In this document: positions 45,821-54,277 of the stretch, piece by piece
How positions within the stretch are numbered: the stretch's first letter is position 1
How the letters are laid out: the number at the start of each line of letters is the position of its first letter
Assembly (NCBI GenBank): GCA_963627885.1
Contig: CAVGCT010000019.1
Coordinates: 391 to 64,390 of the forward strand
DNA from: a bacterium
Lineage (GTDB): Bacteria; Bacteroidota; Bacteroidia; Bacteroidales; UBA932
DNA: 64,000 nt
Direction: 5' to 3'
The notes under the pieces: model-generated
Database searches by the model: none
The model's input: the letters and a program-made list of their open reading frames with translations, nothing else
Told to the model about the DNA's origin: nothing
Translations under genes and position numbers: made by a program

Positions 45821-47188
45821 ATGACCGATAAATTTCCGAAAACATTTCTCTTCACCTCGGAGTCAGTGTCCGAGGGGCATCCCGACAAAGTGGCCGACCA
45901 GATTTCAGACGCGGTTCTGGATGATTTTCTCCGCCAGGACCCCGAAGCCAAAGTGGCCTGCGAAACATTCTGCACCACGGGCCTGGTGATAGTGGGCGGG
46001 GAGGTGCGCAGTGACCATGCCTATGTGGACATCCAGCAGACTGCCCGCGACGTGATCAGCCGCATAGGTTACAACAGGGCCGACCTCATGTTCGACAGCA
46101 GCTCCTGCGGAGTGCTTTCGGCCATTCATGAACAAAGCGCCGACATCAACAGGGGCGTTGTGCGCGAAAAGCCCGAGGATCAGGGCGCCGGAGACCAGGG
46201 AATGATGTTCGGCTATGCCTGCCGGGACACCGAGGAATATATGCCCCTGCCCATAGCTCTGGCACACAGGACACTGCAGGTGCTTGCGGATATCCGCCGC
46301 CACAGTCCTGAGCTCATGCCCTATCTGAGGCCGGACGCGAAATGCCAGTACACCGTGGAATATGATAGCGAGACCCGCCGTCCCCTGAGAATCCACACCG
46401 TGGTCGTCTCCACCCAGCACGACGAATTCCTGGCCGGATGCCTCGGAAAGATAGACTATGCCGCCGCAGTGGAAAAATACGGCCAGAAGGAAGTGGATGA
46501 GGCCATGCACGAAAAAATCGAGAGCGATGTACGCAAGGTGTTGCTGCCCAAGGTAAAGGAGACTCTGCCTGACAACGTGGCCGCAATGTTTGACGAAAAT
46601 CTCATCCTGCTGGTGAACCCGACCGGGAAGTTTGTCATCGGAGGGCCTGCAGGAGACACCGGACTCACCGGCAGAAAGATCATAGTGGACACCTACGGCG
46701 GAAAGGGGGCGCACGGCGGCGGAGCTTTCTCGGGCAAAGACCCTTCAAAGGTGGACCGTTCGGCGGCCTATGCGGCAAGATACATAGCCAAAAACATGGT
46801 CGCCGCCGGAGTGGCCGAAGAGATGCTGGTGCAACTTTCCTATGCCATAGGCGTGGCTGAGCCCGTGAGCGTCTATGTGGACACCTGCGGCACCTCCTGC
46901 GGGAAAGTGCGTGAAGACGCCGCCGCGGCGCACACCGCTCCCGACATCCTCATAGCCGGAAAAATATCGGAACTGTTCGACCTGAGGCCCGCCTCCATAA
47001 TCGAAAAATTCCAGCTGAAGAACCCGATCTACGAGCCCACCGCAGCCTATGGACACATGGGCCGAGAGCCCTATACCAGAAAGATGAAACTGATCCGCGG
47101 CGGCAAGGAAGTGGAGAAGGATGTGCAGTTCTTCGGCTGGGAAAAACTCGACTGCGTGGAACAGGTGAAGGAGAAATTCGGAATCTGA
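45821..47188 (+). CDS. metK: S-adenosylmethionine synthetase
   Basis: 455 aa from ATG 45821. [40 protein letters not shown] motifs. Lineage-type insertions relative to E. coli MetK. Confidence 0.96.
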   Translation: MTDKFPKTFLFTSESVSEGHPDKVADQISDAVLDDFLRQDPEAKVACETFCTTGLVIVGGEVRSDHAYVDIQQTARDVISRIGYNRADLMFDSSSCGVLSAIHEQSADINRGVVREKPEDQGAGDQGMMFGYACRDTEEYMPLPIALAHRTLQVLADIRRHSPELMPYLRPDAKCQYTVEYDSETRRPLRIHTVVVSTQHDEFLAGCLGKIDYAAAVEKYGQKEVDEAMHEKIESDVRKVLLPKVKETLPDNVAAMFDENLILLVNPTGKFVIGGPAGDTGLTGRKIIVDTYGGKGAHGGGAFSGKDPSKVDRSAAYAARYIAKNMVAAGVAEEMLVQLSYAIGVAEPVSVYVDTCGTSCGKVREDAAAAHTAPDILIAGKISELFDLRPASIIEKFQLKNPIYEPTAAYGHMGREPYTRKMKLIRGGKEVEKDVQFFGWEKLDCVEQVKEKFGI

Positions 47189-47197
47189 CGGAGACTA

Positions 47198-47653
47198 TTA
47201 TTCGCCGCGCTGCATTTCGCGGCGAAGGTCCTTTTCCTTGATGGTCTGGCGCTTGTCATAGACCTTTTTGCCTTTGGCAAGCGCTATCAGCAACTTGGCA
47301 TAGCCGTTGTCGGCAATGAAAAGTTTGATCGCGACTATGGTCAGGCCCTTGATCTTGACCGCCTGGCGGAGATGCCTGAGTTCCTTTTTCGTAAGCAGCA
47401 GCTTGCGGTCCCGTGTCTGTTCGTGCTGACCCCAGGAGCCCCAGAAATACTGGGCCACGTTCATGCCCTTGACATAGAGCTGGCCGGCCGAATCGAAATA
47501 GCAGAACGACTCGGTCAGCGACGCCTTGCCGGCCCGGATGGACTTGATTTCCGTTCCGGACAGCACGATCCCCGCGGTGTAGGTCTCGAGAAATTCATAG
47601 TCGAAGGAGGCCCTGCGGTTGGATATCTGTACTTTACTCTTCGCTTTCGGCAT
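47198..47653 (-). CDS. smpB: SsrA-binding protein
   Basis: 151 aa from ATG 47653 ([25 protein letters not shown]...). The track ORF has a 137-aa spurious extension. Confidence 0.93.
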   Translation of the reverse strand: MPKAKSKVQISNRRASFDYEFLETYTAGIVLSGTEIKSIRAGKASLTESFCYFDSAGQLYVKGMNVAQYFWGSWGQHEQTRDRKLLLTKKELRHLRQAVKIKGLTIVAIKLFIADNGYAKLLIALAKGKKVYDKRQTIKEKDLRREMQRGE

Positions 47654-47677
47654 AATCCCGCTAATCTCGCTGAGCGG

Positions 47678-47685
47678 CAAATATA
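47678..47685 (-). promoter_or_regulatory. -7 promoter box TATATTTG upstream of smpB
   Basis: TAnnTTTG match on the minus strand, 25 nt upstream of ATG 47653. Supports the short SmpB start. Confidence 0.5.
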
Positions 47686-47743
47686 GCCATTTTTGACAAG
47701 AAATTCGTACCTTGGCAGGGTGACGGAAAAGAGACAGAACACC

Positions 47744-48760
47744 ATGGAGACCATTCCCGGACCCGGAGTGCCGCCGCCCGCGGAGCTCCCCGAGGCGGAA
47801 AACATAGACATAAGACAGATCCTCGGCCAATACCTGGACGGAAGCATAGATCTTATCTGCGTGTTGGGGCCGACCGCCTCCGGCAAGACACGCTATGCCG
47901 TTTCCCTTTGCCGGGAGTTGAACTCTCTCCTGAAGGAGATCCCCGGGAGGACGCCGAAAAGCGCCGGGGCGGAAATTCTGTCCGCCGATTCGCGTCAGGT
48001 CTACCGGGGCATGGATATCGGCACCGGGAAAGATCTGACCGAATATGGAGAGATCCCCTTCCACCTGATCGACATAGCCGAAGCCGGCGACCGCTACAGC
48101 ATCTATGACTATCAGAAAGACTTCGAGGTGGCATGGACGGACATCCGCTCGCGAGGAGGAATCCCCGTACTGTGCGGAGGGTCAGGACTTTATATAGAAG
48201 CAGCCACCTGCGGCTACTCCCTGCCCAATGTCCCGCCGGATCCGGAACTGAGGGAGAGACTGGAGGCGGAAGACGCCGAGGCGCTGAGGGCGGAGCTGAT
48301 CCGCATGCGGCCCGGAACCGAAGCGGGGGTCCTGGAATCGAAGAGAAGGGTCATCCGTGCACTGGAAGTGGCTTTGTATGAAAGGGAACACCCGGTGCAA
48401 AGGAGCTCAGCCCTGCCCAAGAAGGTATATTTCATAGGGACGCTGGTGTCCCGCGAGGACAGAATCGCAAGGATAGACCGCAGACTGGACGCAAGGATGG
48501 ACGAAGGGATGGCCGACGAGGTCAGAAGCCTTCTGGCCAAGGGCCTGCGCACGCAGGATCTGATCTACTATGGGCTGGAATACAAATTCGTGACCCAGTA
48601 TGTGCTCGGGGTTCTGACTCTCGGGGAGATGAAGACGTTGCTGGGCAATGCCATACACCAGTTCGCGAAAAGGCAGATGACGTGGTTCCGCGGGATGGAG
48701 CGGGACGGAAAGGTGATTCACTGGGTGGACCCGGACTCCTTGTCCACCGCGCGCCAATAG
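47744..48760 (+). CDS. miaA: tRNA dimethylallyltransferase
   Basis: P-loop [31 protein letters not shown] motifs. Start uncertain (ATG at 47744 or 47693). Confidence 0.9.
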   Translation: METIPGPGVPPPAELPEAENIDIRQILGQYLDGSIDLICVLGPTASGKTRYAVSLCRELNSLLKEIPGRTPKSAGAEILSADSRQVYRGMDIGTGKDLTEYGEIPFHLIDIAEAGDRYSIYDYQKDFEVAWTDIRSRGGIPVLCGGSGLYIEAATCGYSLPNVPPDPELRERLEAEDAEALRAELIRMRPGTEAGVLESKRRVIRALEVALYEREHPVQRSSALPKKVYFIGTLVSREDRIARIDRRLDARMDEGMADEVRSLLAKGLRTQDLIYYGLEYKFVTQYVLGVLTLGEMKTLLGNAIHQFAKRQMTWFRGMERDGKVIHWVDPDSLSTARQ

Positions 48761-49536
48761 TCAGCGTCGAAGGAGGTGGGGCTGCGGTAGTCCCCCTCGT
48801 GATCTATCCTGAATGACAGATAGGTAATCTTGAGGCCTTTGGCCAGAAACATCTTTTCATAGAAGGTCCGCACCTCGAAAAGGGATCGGACCGCGTCGGC
48901 GCCGCAGACGGAGGCCAGCGCGCTTTTCTCTATATCCACCTCTCCCCTGCCATAGAGATCTTCCGTGCAGGCCAGAATCTCAAGCCCGTTCTCTTCGGCC
49001 ACGGCCCTGCTGTATTCGTGAAGGAAACGGCTGTCGGTCTTGAGATGGACTATGCCGCCAGGCTTCAGGAACTTCCGGTAACGGGCCAGAAATCCCGGAG
49101 CGGTGAGGCGGTTGTTCTCCTTCTTTATCTGCGGATCGGAGAAAGTGAGCCATATTTCGGACACTTCACCCGGAGCGAAGAAAGCCTCGATGAACTCTAT
49201 CCTCGTCCTGAGAAAGGCGACGTTCGGAAGATGATGCTCTTCAGCGAACTTGGCGCCCTTCCAAAGCCGCGCGCCCTTGATGTCCACGCCTATATAGTTG
49301 ATATCCGGCCGCCTGAGAGCGAGATCTATGGTATATTCCCCCTTGCCGCAGCCGAGTTCGAGGACTATGGGCTGACCGGCGGCAAACATTTCCCCGTTCC
49401 ATTTCCCGCGGACAGGATGACAGCCCAACGTGAAGCCGCCCGCATCCGGATGCTCCAGAAGCGAAGCCGTGTCGGGCTGCAGAAGACAACGGAAAGTCTC
49501 GTTCTCGCGGAACTTTCTAAGCTTGTCGTGTCCCAT
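48718..49536 (-). CDS. trmB: tRNA (guanine-N7)-methyltransferase
   Basis: 272 aa from ATG 49536. SAM motif VLELGCGKGEY and FSDPQIKK. The 3' end overlaps the convergent miaA by 43 nt. Confidence 0.88.
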   Translation of the reverse strand: MGHDKLRKFRENETFRCLLQPDTASLLEHPDAGGFTLGCHPVRGKWNGEMFAAGQPIVLELGCGKGEYTIDLALRRPDINYIGVDIKGARLWKGAKFAEEHHLPNVAFLRTRIEFIEAFFAPGEVSEIWLTFSDPQIKKENNRLTAPGFLARYRKFLKPGGIVHLKTDSRFLHEYSRAVAEENGLEILACTEDLYGRGEVDIEKSALASVCGADAVRSLFEVRTFYEKMFLAKGLKITYLSFRIDHEGDYRSPTSFDADYWRAVDKESGSTQ

Positions 49537-50722
49537 TCTGAGGATTATTCTGCCGTCCGCCGCGCTTTCCGTTCTGGTGTCCGCCGTTTTTCTTCTTTTT
49601 CTTCTTCTTGGAGATGTTGTCGAAGCGGGTGATGCTGTCATCGCCCACCGCAGTGCGGAACTCCGGAGTCTCAGGCTCCGGTTCCTCTTTCAGAGACTCC
49701 GGCTTCTCTCCATTGCGGTTCATTCTGATTATCTCTCTGACCGATTCGGTGTCGAGGGGGTACATGTTGGTGATGGAGTTCTTCTCGTAGGAAAAGTACA
49801 GGATTCCGCGGAGAATGTCGGTCTTGACCAGATAGGCCAGCCCGTCCTGGAACTCAAGCGGCTCGCTCACCTTGGGAATGCGCGAGCGGGCGTCCATATA
49901 GACCGCAACCTCATAGTTGAGGCAACATTTGAGCTTGCCGCACTGTCCGGCGAGTTTCTGAGGATTGAGCGAAAGATCCTGACAGCGAGCGGCGGAAGTG
50001 GTGATGGACTTGAAGTTGGTGATGTAGTTGGCGCAACACAGCTCCCTGCCACAGACACCGATGCCGCCGATGAGTCCGGCTTCCTGACGGGCGCCGATCT
50101 GCTTCATTTCTATGCGGATGTGAAATTCCTCGGCGAAGACCTTGATGAGCTGGCGGAAATCCACCCTGCCGTCGGCTATGTAATAGAAGATGGCCTTGGT
50201 CCCGTCGCCCTGAAACTCCACATCGCCGATCTTCATCTCAAGACCCATCTCGGCGGCTATCTGCCGGGCGCGGATCATCGTGTCCTGTTCCCTGGCTATG
50301 GCGTTCTGCCAGTTCTCGATGTCGAACGGACGGGCCTTACGGTAAATCCTTCTGAACTCACCGCCCGGCTCAACCCCCTTGCACTTCATCTGACGGGCGA
50401 TCACAGGGCCTCCGAGCGTGACTATGCCCAGATCATGGCCGCTGTGAGCCTCCACCACGACGATATCGCCGATGCGGATGCTCTGACCGGAGTCGTTGCG
50501 GTAGAACCCCTTTCGGGTGTTCTTGAACCTGACTTCAAATATGTCCGAAAGCTGTTCCTGCTGCACTCCGGCCAGCCAGTCGGAATCCATCAGCTTGCAG
50601 CATCCGGGCCTGTAGGTGCAGGACATGTCTCCGTCAGGGGCCTTGGATATGACGCAGCCTCGCGAACAGTCGTATTTTATATTTTCGTTTTCCATATGGG
50701 CAAATTTAGAAACTTCAGACAA
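49517..50722 (-). CDS. PSP1 domain protein (RicT/YaaT-like)
   Basis: 401 aa. PSP1 C-terminal core (IGARQEAGLIGGIGVCGRELCC...GKLKCCLNYE), Cys-rich N-terminus and a Lys/Gly/Asn/Gln tail. Lies downstream of holB, as in Firmicutes. Confidence 0.85.
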   Translation of the reverse strand: MSEVSKFAHMENENIKYDCSRGCVISKAPDGDMSCTYRPGCCKLMDSDWLAGVQQEQLSDIFEVRFKNTRKGFYRNDSGQSIRIGDIVVVEAHSGHDLGIVTLGGPVIARQMKCKGVEPGGEFRRIYRKARPFDIENWQNAIAREQDTMIRARQIAAEMGLEMKIGDVEFQGDGTKAIFYYIADGRVDFRQLIKVFAEEFHIRIEMKQIGARQEAGLIGGIGVCGRELCCANYITNFKSITTSAARCQDLSLNPQKLAGQCGKLKCCLNYEVAVYMDARSRIPKVSEPLEFQDGLAYLVKTDILRGILYFSYEKNSITNMYPLDTESVREIIRMNRNGEKPESLKEEPEPETPEFRTAVGDDSITRFDNISKKKKKKKNGGHQNGKRGGRQNNPQNGTRQA

Positions 50723-50738
50723 TGCCCGCAGCGCCCGG

Positions 50739-51881
50739 TCAGCCCGCGACGGACTGATAAAGCCGGTTCGCCAAATTGGCGAATATCATTCTCTGGGAGA
50801 CATTTCTCCCGAGCATGAGGGATGCATGGTCAAGCGCCTTCAGACCCTTTCGGCAGAAATTCGCACCGCACTTCGCGGCTGTTTCCCGCAGGAATTCCTT
50901 TTCCTCCGGAGAGGCTGGGACCATGTCCTCTATCCCGCACTGCATCAGGAACACATTTCTGAACAGCTCTCCTGCGAAGTTACAGAAAAGTTTCTGTTTT
51001 TCACGTGATTCGATGCCGGCAATCTTTTCCGCGACGTCAAGACAGGCGGCAAGATCCTTCGCTGTCAGAGCTTCCATCAGGCTGCGCAACAGGCCGCGTA
51101 TCAGGGCTATGTCATCACTTTCGGAGACTTCCCTGAGCGCCAGCCCCGGACTTCCTCCAGAAAGTGCGGCCGCCTGCCGGGCCGCGCCATGGTCTATGCC
51201 GAACCTCGTTTCGAGCACTTCGGCCACCTCTTCCGAGGACAGAGGCGGCACCCTCATTTCCTGGCAGCGTGAAGAGATCGTGGGAAGGACCTTTTCGGGC
51301 GCATGGGTCACGAGTATGAAAACCGTCTTCTCGCCCGGTTCCTCTATGGCCTTGAGCAGCATGTTGGACGTTTCAGCGTTCATCAGTTCCGGAAGGTACA
51401 TCACCACACATCTGTAGCCGTCCGACAGGGACGACAGAGACAGTTGGCGGAGTATCGAGGAGCCCTCGGCCTTGAGGATCTGTCCGCGTTTCTTCTCAAA
51501 TCCCAGAGCTTCGGAAAGGTCGCTTTCGAGAAACCACGGGTTGGACAGCACCAGAGACCGCCAATACTCGGAAAACATGTCGCAGGTGAGGTTTTTGGCC
51601 TCTCCCGACACCTTGGTTCCCGATGTCATCGGGAAAGTGAAATGCACATCGGGATAGATGAGCTTGGAATGCTGGTTGCATGAGGGACAGGAACAGCATG
51701 ATTCTCCGCCGAAACGGCTGCCGCAGTCAAGATATTGCAGGAAAGCCATGACAAGGGGCATGGCGCCACCTCCGTCATTCTCATAGAGCATCATGGCCTG
51801 AGGAATCCTCCCGCTGTCCACCATTCCGCGCAACGCCTTCTTGACGTCTTCGTTACCGGGTATTTCGGAGAATTTCCACAT
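50739..51881 (-). CDS. holB: DNA polymerase III subunit delta'
   Basis: 380 aa. AAA+-like N-terminus (GRIPQAMMLYENDGGG), Cys cluster CCSCPSCNQ, and sensor region. Confidence 0.8.
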   Translation of the reverse strand: MWKFSEIPGNEDVKKALRGMVDSGRIPQAMMLYENDGGGAMPLVMAFLQYLDCGSRFGGESCCSCPSCNQHSKLIYPDVHFTFPMTSGTKVSGEAKNLTCDMFSEYWRSLVLSNPWFLESDLSEALGFEKKRGQILKAEGSSILRQLSLSSLSDGYRCVVMYLPELMNAETSNMLLKAIEEPGEKTVFILVTHAPEKVLPTISSRCQEMRVPPLSSEEVAEVLETRFGIDHGAARQAAALSGGSPGLALREVSESDDIALIRGLLRSLMEALTAKDLAACLDVAEKIAGIESREKQKLFCNFAGELFRNVFLMQCGIEDMVPASPEEKEFLRETAAKCGANFCRKGLKALDHASLMLGRNVSQRMIFANLANRLYQSVAG

Positions 51882-51887
51882 CGGCCG

Positions 51888-52871
51888 CTATAGTTTTCTG
51901 TCGGCCGAGATCCTGGCCAGAGCCTCAAGACATTCGCGGTCCTTCCCCTCCGGAAATATAGACAGGAACGATATGGCCCGGTCCACATGGTCAAGAAGCC
52001 TGGCCTCGGCATATTCCATGCCCTTGTAACGGCCCACGAAGTCCACGATTTCTGACCTCACGGCCGGATTTTCCCCGATCTTCACGACTTTCTGGCGGAT
52101 TGCGGCGGCCTCGTCCTCCGGTGCGTTGGCAAGGGCGCCAAGCAGCGGAAGAGTTATCTTCTGCTCGACAAGGTCCTGGCCCACAGGCTTCCCCACATCG
52201 GCTCCGGGCTCGTAATCAAACAGATCGTCCTTTATCTGGAACGCAAGGCCAAGATATTTCGCATAGCTCCGGACGGCCGTCAGGCTCTCCTCCGGGGCAT
52301 CGACCGACAGGGCGCCCGAAACCGCCGAACTCTCGAACAAAGACGCTGTCTTGCAGTAGATTATCCTGTAATAATCCGCCTCGGTGGTGTCGCCAGACGA
52401 GGCTTTCTGCAGCTGAAGCATCTCACCGTCGGCCAGATGGCCCAGGGTGCCGGCGAAAAGGCGCATAGCCTCTCCGCGGTGACGGTCGGAATCCATTATC
52501 CTGCCCATCGCCTTCACCAGCCAGAAATCCCCGAGCAGCACGGACGCCCTTCCTCCGAGCATATGCAGGACGGTGGGCTCGCCCCGACGGCTCTGCCCAT
52601 TATCGGCGACATCATCGTGAAGAAGCGTCGCCGTGTGCAGAAGCTGGGATGCGGCGGCGCAGCGGTAAGAGTCCGTGGTCAGACGCCCGCCCGAGCAGAC
52701 CCTCGCGCAAAGGAGAGCAAGCATGGGCCTCATCATCTTGCCCGGATGGGCGAGAAGCGAACTGTTGGTGGCGTTGAGAAGACTGATGTCGCTGCGCAGC
52801 GAATCGGAAATCATGTCCCGGACCTTGTCCAGCGATGGCCGGAGATATTCGGAGACTGAGGGAAGGGTCAT
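51888..52871 (-). CDS. ispB: long-chain polyprenyl diphosphate synthase (octaprenyl-type)
   Basis: 327 aa. Asp-rich motifs LLHDDVADNG and IKDDLFD. Confidence 0.85.
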   Translation of the reverse strand: MTLPSVSEYLRPSLDKVRDMISDSLRSDISLLNATNSSLLAHPGKMMRPMLALLCARVCSGGRLTTDSYRCAAASQLLHTATLLHDDVADNGQSRRGEPTVLHMLGGRASVLLGDFWLVKAMGRIMDSDRHRGEAMRLFAGTLGHLADGEMLQLQKASSGDTTEADYYRIIYCKTASLFESSAVSGALSVDAPEESLTAVRSYAKYLGLAFQIKDDLFDYEPGADVGKPVGQDLVEQKITLPLLGALANAPEDEAAAIRQKVVKIGENPAVRSEIVDFVGRYKGMEYAEARLLDHVDRAISFLSIFPEGKDRECLEALARISADRKL

Positions 52872-52874
52872 CTG

Positions 52875-53534
52875 CTAAAAGAATAAGGCCGCGGAAAGGG
52901 AGAATCCGTTGAAGTTCTTGCCGTTCTTGAAAGCGGCGCGGACTTCCTGACCTATGGGGTTCACCTCACCGCTGCTGTCGCAGAGCGAACCGAAGTTCCA
53001 ATAGTAACGGGCGGAAACCTGAAGCCTCCAGATCTCCACACCTCCGCCGAGTCCGAGACCATACTCCATCTTGCTGAGGGCCGACTTGGCCAGATTGGTT
53101 TCCTTCACGCCGGCCGAAACAGTCTTTGAATTGAGGGCGAAGCCCACGAAAGGCTCGGCCATGAGATAGGGCCTGAACAATATTAGATCCGGCCCCCACT
53201 GCACCTGTACCGGGATCTCGAGATATCCGACCTTGGTGTCCAGGGCGTTGAGACCCGTGGTTATATTGCCTGCGGCCACATCCAGCTTGGCGCCCTTCAT
53301 CTGATAGGTGACGGACGGCTGGATCGAAAATCCGGCGATGAGCGGCAGCTGGAAAGTGAGTCCGGCGTGGTAAAGGGAATAGGATTCAGCCTTGAAGATG
53401 TTGGCGTCGGCGCTGGAGGAGGTGAATCCTCCGGTTATGCCCCAGCGGGCTGTGCCTATATTCTGTGCATTTGCGCCCGCCCCCATGCAAAGTGCGAGGG
53501 CCAGAGCGACGACGGCTGTCTTGAAGATTTTCAT
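52875..53534 (-). CDS. porin-family outer-membrane beta-barrel protein
   Basis: 219 aa. Signal peptide ...GAGANAQ, alternating beta-strand pattern, C-terminal LSAALFF. Confidence 0.7.
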   Translation of the reverse strand: MKIFKTAVVALALALCMGAGANAQNIGTARWGITGGFTSSSADANIFKAESYSLYHAGLTFQLPLIAGFSIQPSVTYQMKGAKLDVAAGNITTGLNALDTKVGYLEIPVQVQWGPDLILFRPYLMAEPFVGFALNSKTVSAGVKETNLAKSALSKMEYGLGLGGGVEIWRLQVSARYYWNFGSLCDSSGEVNPIGQEVRAAFKNGKNFNGFSLSAALFF

Positions 53535-53549
53535 GTCTATGCTGTTTGA

Positions 53550-53864
53550 TTAAAGAATTTTGGAAAGTCTGGACACTATGTCATCCTTGGAAACGAGACC
53601 CACGCTCTTGTCCACAAGCTTTCCGTCCTTGAAATAGAGCAGGGTGGGTATGCTCATGACGCGGTACTCTCCGGCGATCTCGTCGCAGTCGTCAACATTG
53701 CACTTGACGACCTCGACCTTGCCCTCATATTCCGAAGCCACTTCGTCCACGGTGGGCGAAAGAGCGCGGCAGGGGCCGCACCATGTAGCCCAGAAATCCA
53801 CGAGCACAGGGGTCCCGGCCGAAATTATCTCACTGAAATTGCTGTTTGTAGCTACTTTTACCAT
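53550..53864 (-). CDS. trxA: thioredoxin
   Basis: 104 aa. DFWATWCGPC active site. Confidence 0.93.
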   Translation of the reverse strand: MVKVATNSNFSEIISAGTPVLVDFWATWCGPCRALSPTVDEVASEYEGKVEVVKCNVDDCDEIAGEYRVMSIPTLLYFKDGKLVDKSVGLVSKDDIVSRLSKIL

Positions 53865-53871
53865 AGTCTCT

Positions 53872-53879
53872 GCAAATTT
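53872..53879 (-). promoter_or_regulatory. -7 promoter box TAAATTTG upstream of trxA
   Basis: TAnnTTTG match on the minus strand. Its last G is 8 nt before ATG 53864. Confidence 0.45.
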
Positions 53880-53891
53880 ATGTTATAAAAA

Positions 53892-53948
53892 TCAAAAAGC
53901 GGACGCCCCGCAGGACAGGAAATGAACCCCGTCCCGCAAGACATCCGC
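53892..53948 (-). terminator. intrinsic terminator after the RND efflux operon
   Basis: On the minus strand, GCGGGACGGG / CCTGTCCTGC forms a 10-bp stem in which two positions are G-U wobbles; these would be A-C mismatches on the plus strand. An outer GCGGA/TCCGC clamp is followed by TTTTTGATTTTT. Confidence 0.65.
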
Positions 53949-53970
53949 CTTTCACTGCAAAATACGGGCC

Positions 53971-54264
53971 CTACACCATGGTCTCGATGTTCCACTGGAA
54001 GGCGCGGAGCCCCAGATCGGGATAGGCCTCATCCTTGGCATGAAGATCGGCCATGATGGCAGGCGCCAGCTCGTCAGGCACCATTGTCAGAATGGCATTG
54101 TTCATCGTGGGCCATGCATGGTCGCCGTAGTGCGGCTCCCCCTCCACATGGCCGCGGCCATGAATGTTCTCCCATGAAGTGAAGCCCCTCTGGTTGTGTT
54201 CATCCAGAATCTCGACTATCTCGTTGGCATATGCCTGATTGTATGATACGAATATCGCTTTCAT
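53971..54264 (-). CDS. small transporter-associated protein (PG0541-like; predicted PII-like fold)
   Basis: 97 aa from ATG 54264 (MKAIFVSYNQAYANEIVEILDEH...). 13 nt downstream of the RND permease gene. The family name is recalled from annotation practice and has not been verified. Confidence 0.6.
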   Translation of the reverse strand: MKAIFVSYNQAYANEIVEILDEHNQRGFTSWENIHGRGHVEGEPHYGDHAWPTMNNAILTMVPDELAPAIMADLHAKDEAYPDLGLRAFQWNIETMV

Positions 54265-54277
54265 TTCTGTACGGTTT

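Noticed and set aside
45616-45831. 71-aa plus-strand ORF in the metK upstream region
   Set aside because: It begins upstream of the predicted promoter box and reads through the leader helix and terminator. It is better explained as non-coding leader RNA.
8861-52871. Two 327-aa polyprenyl synthase genes (8861-9844 and 51888-52871), considered as a possible recent duplication
   Set aside because: Their Asp-rich motifs and overall sequences differ (DDIMD/DDYLD versus DDVAD/KDDLFD). That is consistent with the usual short-chain plus long-chain synthase pair rather than a duplication.
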